Assembly (NCBI RefSeq): GCF_009914755.1
Contig: NC_060926.1
Direction: 5' to 3' (one strand)
Origin: the human T2T-CHM13v2.0 reference genome, Homo sapiens
DNA length: 64,000 nucleotides
In this document: positions 56,773-64,000 of the stretch, piece by piece
Layout: each line of letters starts with the position of its first letter
Position numbering within the stretch: position 1 is the first letter of the stretch
The notes under the pieces: generated by a model
Seen by the model: the letters and a program-made list of their open reading frames with translations, nothing else
Told to the model about the DNA's origin: nothing
The model's database searches: none
Program-made: the position numbers and the translations under genes

Positions 56773-58979
56773 TAAGATCATTGCTATTCTTTCTCTTGTT
56801 CTAGGGCAGCCACCTAATAGGTAGGGAGGAAAAGATATGGCCTTTTGAGCCAGAAATTTTGGAATACAATCTGATTCTGATACTTACTAGTTTGTGTCCT
56901 TGAGCAAAAAGACTTTTTTCTGCCTGCTGTGCTTCAAGTTTTTCATTTGTAACAAAAAATGTGAACTTTTTTTTTTCTGTTCTGCTTATTCAGGTTGTTT
57001 GGAGAACTACATATTCTTCAAAGTACAATGTAGAAATGATAGACTATTATTGATGTTTTCATATTTTTGGTTTTCTATTATAATTTGGCATCCCCTTTTT
57101 GCTCAGCTTGGAGAAAAAATAGGGTGGTTTTTGCTCCTTACATTGTTTACTGCACTTCACTTTATTTTCCTTACTAGGTGACTGCTTTGTCAGCATAAAT
57201 GCCATGATATACAAGTGTTTTGGAAATGACTAGTGCTGTGCTGAAGTTAAGTAAAAAGCCTGGGTCATAGCAGTTGGGTAATATAAGAGGCAAAATGATA
57301 ATTTTGGGCATGAATGATTCTGACCTAAACCTTGGTTAGGGCAGGATTATGAGCTTTTTGCTCCTGACTTGTTTTTTAAGGTTTGTAGACCATGTCCTGG
57401 AAAAAGCATGAACGGTTGAGTCAGGGAAGTCTGAATTTAAATCCTGGATTGACACGACACATTAGCTTGGGACATGAGGTAATTTGGTGAGCCTTTGTGT
57501 TATTTAATTACCTCACCTGTAAATGGAAGTAGGTAGTATTCCCTCCTAGTCGCTTTCCTGCCCTCATTTCCGTCACTCTGGTGCAGCAGGCTCATTGCTG
57601 CCTTGGTGCCTTTGCCCATGCTCTTCCCTTTGCCCTGGTCATCTTCCCCCTCGATCTTCCATAGCTGATTTTGCTTTGTCTTCCAGCACAGTCTAAAATG
57701 CCAGTTCCTTAGAGAAGCCTTATCTTAATGTTTTTACCACTTCGCTTCCCACTCGTCTACCCCCAATATTTTCCATGGATTAACTATTTCTTTCTGTTAT
57801 TTTCCCTTCTGTAAACTCTATAGTTCTGTTTTGTTTACCAGTGCATTTCAGCACCTATCCAATACCTGCCACATAGTAGGACATTAATAATATTTATTGA
57901 AGGATGAATAAATAGATGAATAAATGAAATAATTGCCACAAGGATTAAGTGGGGTAACAAATTAAAACATCTCCAAAAAGTGCTCGACACATAATAAATA
58001 CTCCAGAAAGCCAGTTCCCTTTCCTTACTTTAGTTCAATAAACATTCTTTGGGCAGTAAATATTTATAGACAGTGTGGGTAGGTGCTAGGTTTCCCATGA
58101 TGACAATGGGAATCCAGGACATTAATTGACATGAACAAGCTGAAATGGTTAGGAAAGAAAAGGAGATAACTTATATTAATGCAATAGTTGTCCTTTGCTT
58201 TGATATTTTAAATGAGAACTAATGAATTATTATTATTTATAAGAAAGCCCAAATATAGCTTTATGAGCTTCTCTCTGTTCAGGTTTGTATTTCACTCTTG
58301 ACAAAATATGATTTCCTAGTTCTATGAAAATAAGACTAAAGGGCTTTCTTCAACATTGCCTATAAAACATAATTTTAAAAATATTAAATTTTTTCTTCAA
58401 AAATTATGACTAGTTCTATTTCACTTGGGATGCTCAATCCTACAGAATCTATGAATGATTCAAAAGGAAATGTTTTTACTAATTTTATGTTTATTTCTAT
58501 TGATTTTTTAAAAAAGAACAGTATAGCCAGACAATTCAAAATTAAATTTTGTATAATCTGCAAGAGATTGTATTGAATTTATAGAATAAATGCAAATTAC
58601 TTTATCAAACATGTTTTGAGCACCTGCTACACATCAGACCTGGTGCTAGAGGGTGTGGGAAATTCAAAGATGAGCAAGAAACTGGTCTAACTTACAAGAA
58701 GCCCTCAGTCAATTAAGACATTAAGATAAGCCCACAAACGTTTACTTTATGAGATAAGGTAAGGGCCAAAGAAGTCTCACAGTGTTGTGGAAGCATGGAG
58801 GCTGAAGAATGGACTTCCTGTGTAGCTTCTGCATAGTGGAACTGGAAAAATGTCATCTGGGTAACTTTTTCTGGAAAAAATAATTTAATAACGAAGACAA
58901 TTAGCTTAATAGGTAGATGGGTAAATTATGAATTTATGTCATCAGTTTTCCCCCTGAAGTCACATCTCTGTAAGGAAAT

Positions 58980-59490
58980 CTGGATTGTAAGTGACAGAAT
59001 GCCTAATTCAAAGTAGTGTAAGCAAAAGACAGAATCTATGGCTAATGTAAATGAAAACGCCAATGGAGGATCTTACTCAAACCGTGCTCTCAGAAGTGGT
59101 TTCTCCCCACTGATTGGCTCTGACTCCTGTTGTGTTGGTCTCATTCCCAGGGAGGCTCTTTCTCTGAGATCAGGGGATGGCTGCAGGAATTCCAGGTCTT
59201 GCATTCCCTACCTCCAGCCTCAAGTTCATGGCAAAAACCGAGAGCATCTTCTCTAGAAATCCCAGCAAAGGTTTCATGGCATCTTATGGCTCTGATCGGG
59301 TGTTTTAACCATCACTAAATAAATCACTAAGGACTGGGGAATGCAGTATGCTGATTTTCTCTGGCCAAACGGATCTACCTCTAGAGCTGGGAGTGGGTTC
59401 AACTCCAATCACACTACATGGGCTGGGAGTAAAATTCATGTGTGATTTACCAAAAGAAGGGTTAAAAGGTTTAGATGGCAGAAAGTGCTC
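58980..59490 (-). mobile_element. MLT1J/K-like LTR
   Basis: ttgtaagtgacagaa..cctaattcaaa...aagcaaaa; aaatcact..gg..ggggaatgcagtatgctgatt. Confidence 0.6.
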
Positions 59491-59557
59491 TACATCTAAC
59501 CAGGCAGAGCAATTGGTGAAGAATGTCTTAGAAGTGGTGATTAGAACAAAATAGTGA

Positions 59558-59985
59558 GGGAGGACATTATGCCACGTGAAATAAGCCAGCACAGCAATGA
59601 CAAATACTGCATGATGTCACTTATATGTGGAATCTAAAATCATAGCAGTAGAGAATAGAATGATGTTTACTAGAGGCTGGGGGGGAGGTGGGAATGGGGA
59701 GAATTTGGTCAAGGGATACAAAGTTTCAATTAGGAGGAATACATTTTTTAGATCTATTGCATAGCATGGAAACTATAGTTAATAATAACATAATGTTTAT
59801 TTCAAAATTCCTAAGGGAGTGAATTTAAAATGCTTATGCCACATACAAACGCAGATACATATGGGAGGTGGAAGATATGTTAATTAGCCCGATTTTATCA
59901 TTCTATAATGTATGCATACATTAAAATATAACATCGTACTCCATACATTTATATAAATATTATTTAGTCAATTAGAAATTTAGAA
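59558..59985 (+). mobile_element. L1MA 3'UTR fragment
   Basis: ggaggacattatg..gtgaaataagccag..acaaatactgcatgat; TSD AGAACAAAAWAGTGA at 59543-59557 and 59986-60000 (14/15). Confidence 0.85.
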
Positions 59986-60394
59986 AGAACAAAAAAGTGA
60001 TGATTTTTCCAAATTGTTTTTACGTTAAAATGTGACTGGTGTACTCTGCTGCTGTTCCTCATCTTTAGTTTTCAAAATAATGCATTTTCTCCAATGTCAA
60101 TTTATTAGACATTTGTTGAGGCCTCATATGGCTCAGAGTTGTGTTGGATGTATGTGGTATAATCATATTGTCTCTACTCTAAAAAGTTTGCTGTCCCCTG
60201 AAATAAGCAGGAAAAACAGAATCAGAAATTTCTAATGTTTCTGTTTTTCTTTTTAATGTGTTTTTGGGCAATATGAATGTCATATTGTTAATAAGTTGAA
60301 AAAGGGGCTCAATAAACCAATAAAGAAACTGATATTGGACTATATTAGTTGCCTCTAATATATGAGCTCTTCCAATATAATTAAGACAGTATCT

Positions 60395-60905
60395 ATTTTT
60401 TAATCCAGCTGCCAAAGTAATCCTCTTAAAATATGGATACAATCAGTCATTTGCTTATGTGGTCACTTCCAAATTCCCAAGCATGGTTCTGTGTTGTGGT
60501 TTCATTCTCCACCACTTCCTGTTCAAACACTTGGTATTTCAGACCCGGTGAGCTCCGTAGGTCTCATATATGATTTCACATCTTGAGATCAGTGCACTTG
60601 CTGTTTCCTTTGTCTTAGTTTCTACATACCTCAGTTGCAGATCAAATGTCACCTCCTCTGTGGAGCCTTCTTTAAGTTTCTCACACAGACGTAGAAATTT
60701 CTTTTTTATCTTCCATAACATTGTATTAAGCTTATGCCTCTGCTGATAATTTATTCATTGCATTGTAGTGGGGCTTTTTTTTTTTTGTCCATCTCCCACA
60801 CTCTGGGACTACAAGCACCTTGGAAGTGTCTAATTTATTTATTTTTATTTCTCAGATTAAGTCAGGGCATGACACATAGATATTGGTTGAGGGTTGAAGG
60901 AATGT
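60395..60905 (+). mobile_element. L2 3' region
   Basis: cagctgccaaagtaatcct, caaatgtcacctcctctgtggagccttc, ggcatgacacatag. Confidence 0.65.
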
Positions 60906-61269
60906 GAACAAAGACAGCCTGAAGATTGTTGCAACAGAAGAGTTTTTAAATTTATTTCCCAGTAGAAACATATTTTGTTAACCATTTATCTGGGAAATGT
61001 GGTTAAATGAATGTTTAAACACATTTAAAATATATAGGCTTATTTTCAAGGTGGCTCAGCCCATTAAAAAATAAGTGGGGCCATTGATTGGAGTCATTTT
61101 AAGAAGCACCAAGATAGAGAGGGAGTGAAACTAGCAGGGCTGGAGAAGATCTGAGTTTCTTCTGTCTCACCTCCACAACTAACATGCTCTGTGACCTTTT
61201 TGTTAATTTTCAAACATCTCAGTTTCCTTATTTGAAAAATGGGGCCTAAGAAGGAGTAGCTCATCTGAG

Positions 61270-62760
61270 ATGGATCACTCAGCCCTACATCATAGATAGA
61301 ACCAAAGAAACTTTAGAGTTGTAAAGAACTCTAAGGTGATCTCCCCCAACTTTCTCCTTAGATATAGGAATCTGCTGATCAGCCCTCCCAGGAAATGATG
61401 TCTGACATCTAATTGAGGCCTCCAGGGGCAAGGCACTTATTTCCTCTAATGGCCCACACCCTTTCATTGGACAGTGCTCATGTTAGAAAATTCTCTACCC
61501 TGAGCTAAGATCTGCTTCCACTGTGTGACTTTACTCATTGATCTTGCTCAGTCCTCTGGAGTCACACAAATAAGTCAATTCCACATGTGCCCATGACAGC
61601 CCTTCAATCATTGTGAGCCAGCTGTCACAGCTCCCCTGGGCCTCATCTCCTTCAGATCGAATGGCCTAAGCTGCTTCAAGCATCCCTCAAGTCGTGGATA
61701 CCGATGCCCTCACTATTCTGACCATTGTCCTTAGAACATGCTTCATTGCCCCTGTGTCAAAGCCCCTCTGGAACACAGCCAGATTCTCAGAAGTGTCTGA
61801 TGCAGGCAGATCTCAGGGAGCCACGGTTTCCCTTGAGCAGAGCATTGCATGTCTTCCTTTACTGCCTAACAGCTTCACGATTTTAGATTTCTTCAGCCTC
61901 AGAATCCTGTTGGCTCAGGTTGTATTTCTGGTCAGTTGATGTTTGAAATATTTCATAGTTTAAAATAAAAATAACTTTGAAAATTCTCTGTCAATCTAAG
62001 TTATCCTTCCTTGCACATCCTTAAGCAATTCATTTTTTAACCCTAAATGGAAGTGTCTACATTTATCTGTTGCTCTGATTCTGTAAATTCCACAGCCCTA
62101 TTAGGAAACACTTTGCAGAGTTGTGACCACAAGTAATGGTCCTAGGTTGAAGTATTGAACCAGGATCACCTTTGAGAATCTATTTACTGGTTCACTCCCT
62201 GGTCTCATTTACCTGGTTAGATGTGGACTGGCTTGGAAATCTACCTAGGCTCCCTACCCTGGCACTTCTTTCCCTTCACAACAGTGGACTCTCCACTCTT
62301 GTCAACGCTTCTTTTATTTGGTACTTATGTCAACAGTTAGAACTCTCACAATCAACCTCAATCTTCAAAACTGCTACTGCCCTGGGAAGCCACTTTATTC
62401 CTTCTTTATAACAGGGAACTAAGAGTGCATCTATCTATTCCTTTAAATTTTATCTTGTCTGTTTTCATCCTGTTGGTGAAGATATTTTTTGTTAATTTTA
62501 ACTCCAACATCAAATATAGTCACAGTATTTTCCAGCCTTATATCACGTGAAAATGTGATCTTCTGGTTCCCATGTCTTCATCCAAGACCTCAATAAAGAT
62601 GACAGATGGAACAATGGCAGAGACTTGTGGCCCATTACTGGAGACTTGCTTTAAGACTAGCATCCAGGCATTTATTCTGAACTCTGGACAGTTTAATCAG
62701 CTGCAACTTTCCCCAAAGTTATCATTAGAAAGCTCACATTCCTCGATTTGCCATCTTCTT
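61270..62760 (-). mobile_element. CR1/L3 LINE remnant (RT and 3' region), possibly interrupted at ~62090-62430
   Basis: Antisense CR1-like text (ttggacag..ctcatgttagaaaattct, cccatgacagcccttcaa, tcttcatccaag); minus-strand ITFSRDIRLE near 62530-62560 lines up with CR1 IKFADDTKLG. Confidence 0.65.
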
Positions 62761-64000
62761 AATTGAAGTGGCATCCGTGTCAGCTACTGAGTTAGGTCTG
62801 AGCATAAGATAGTAAATAAGGCATAATCACTTCCTAAATTTGCTAAAGTTTTGACCTAGAAAACAGATTTTCACAGGGTTCACCCTAATTCAGTATGGTG
62901 TTACAGGTTCTCTGATAGAATTGAATACAGCGACTTGAGGAAATACATATTATGGGAGCCCAGTCTAGTCTTGGGGTAGGTGGTGAAGTGGAGTCATAGG
63001 GAGAAGCTTTTCAGAAGCAGTAATATCTGTCCTGAGGCCTGAAGGAGGAACAAGAGTTGGGAGGATGGGGGAAAGGGAAAAAGCAGGAGAAATAATGTAC
63101 CATGGGAATGCTGCTGGAGCTCTGAGAAGATGCAGGTGCATTATGATTCTGGAACAGGTAGCTGCTCAGTATATGCTAATTAAGATGGATTTAACCTTAT
63201 GACTCCATCAGAAAAAAGGAAGTGAATTAAAAATAATAGATGAATGAGGCTAAAACCCTTTAAGTACCAAAACACCAGAGAAGAAAGCTGTTTCTAGTTC
63301 GAGAGAACTCAAGGAAAGAGGCTTTAGAGGAAAAATGAGCTGCTTAGAGTTAAGTAAGGATAGCAAATGACACACTTGATTTCAAATGTGAAATTGCTAA
63401 AATAAACCTTATAAGAAAGAATCTCATCAAGAATTTTAAAGAGAGAAGCACCTTCTTTGATGTGATCTATCTGATTTGGTATGTCACATCCAGTGGAGTG
63501 AATGCAGTGTGTGAGATGATATCACTTTTGGTTGGAGAGTCCTGTGCAGAATTCAACTCCTCACCTTCACAGCCCAGGCCTTTCCATGCTTCTGAAGTCT
63601 GAATACGTGCACTTTGTCCTGCCATTAGATGACTCTATCTATGTCTTAAATTCTCCACAAGAAGTGGTACCATGTTGTGGTGTTGACTATAAAGCTTATC
63701 ATCAGGGAATCTGGATTTGAGTAGGCCCACCCTACCGCATCCTGTGTTGTGTGTTGTAGCTATTGCAGAATATTGAGGGTTGTTGTCCCCACAACTGTCA
63801 CACTATTGCTTTTTTTTGTTTTAGCTCTTAGACAGATATGCCACCAAACCCAGAATTAGAAAAGAGTGATGTTTCTAGCTCCTTATTTTCTTTATTTTCC
63901 CGTAAGAATTTGCTAAGTGCTCACCAGAGTCTAGATACTATGCTTGTCCCGGGACAACAGGATGAATTAAATAGAATCTTAGAATAATTGTAATGCCTTG

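Overview
Primate (very probably human) non-coding genomic DNA, dominated by interspersed repeats. I can support no host protein-coding exon, tRNA, rRNA or CpG island. The main feature is a ~6.7 kb degenerate class I (gamma-like) endogenous retrovirus on the minus strand (10328-17007). It has an intact 5' LTR, a tRNA-Ile PBS, gag, protease, integrase and env of the HERV-I/HERVIP-ADP type. Its pol carries an in-frame deletion of essentially the whole RT domain and an AluY insertion, and its 3' LTR is reduced to a 17-bp stub. Other major elements are a 5'-truncated L1PA6-like LINE with an internal A41 run and a non-L1 3' extension, a complete THE1B MaLR element with TSD, and a rearranged THE1C-like element. 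There are also two more Alus, several old L1M, L2, MIR, MLT1/MST and hAT/Tc-mariner fossils, and a long CR1/L3 remnant. Subfamily names come from recalled consensus sequences, not from a database run. I find no evidence for a new biological system; the interesting observations concern retroelement structure and history.
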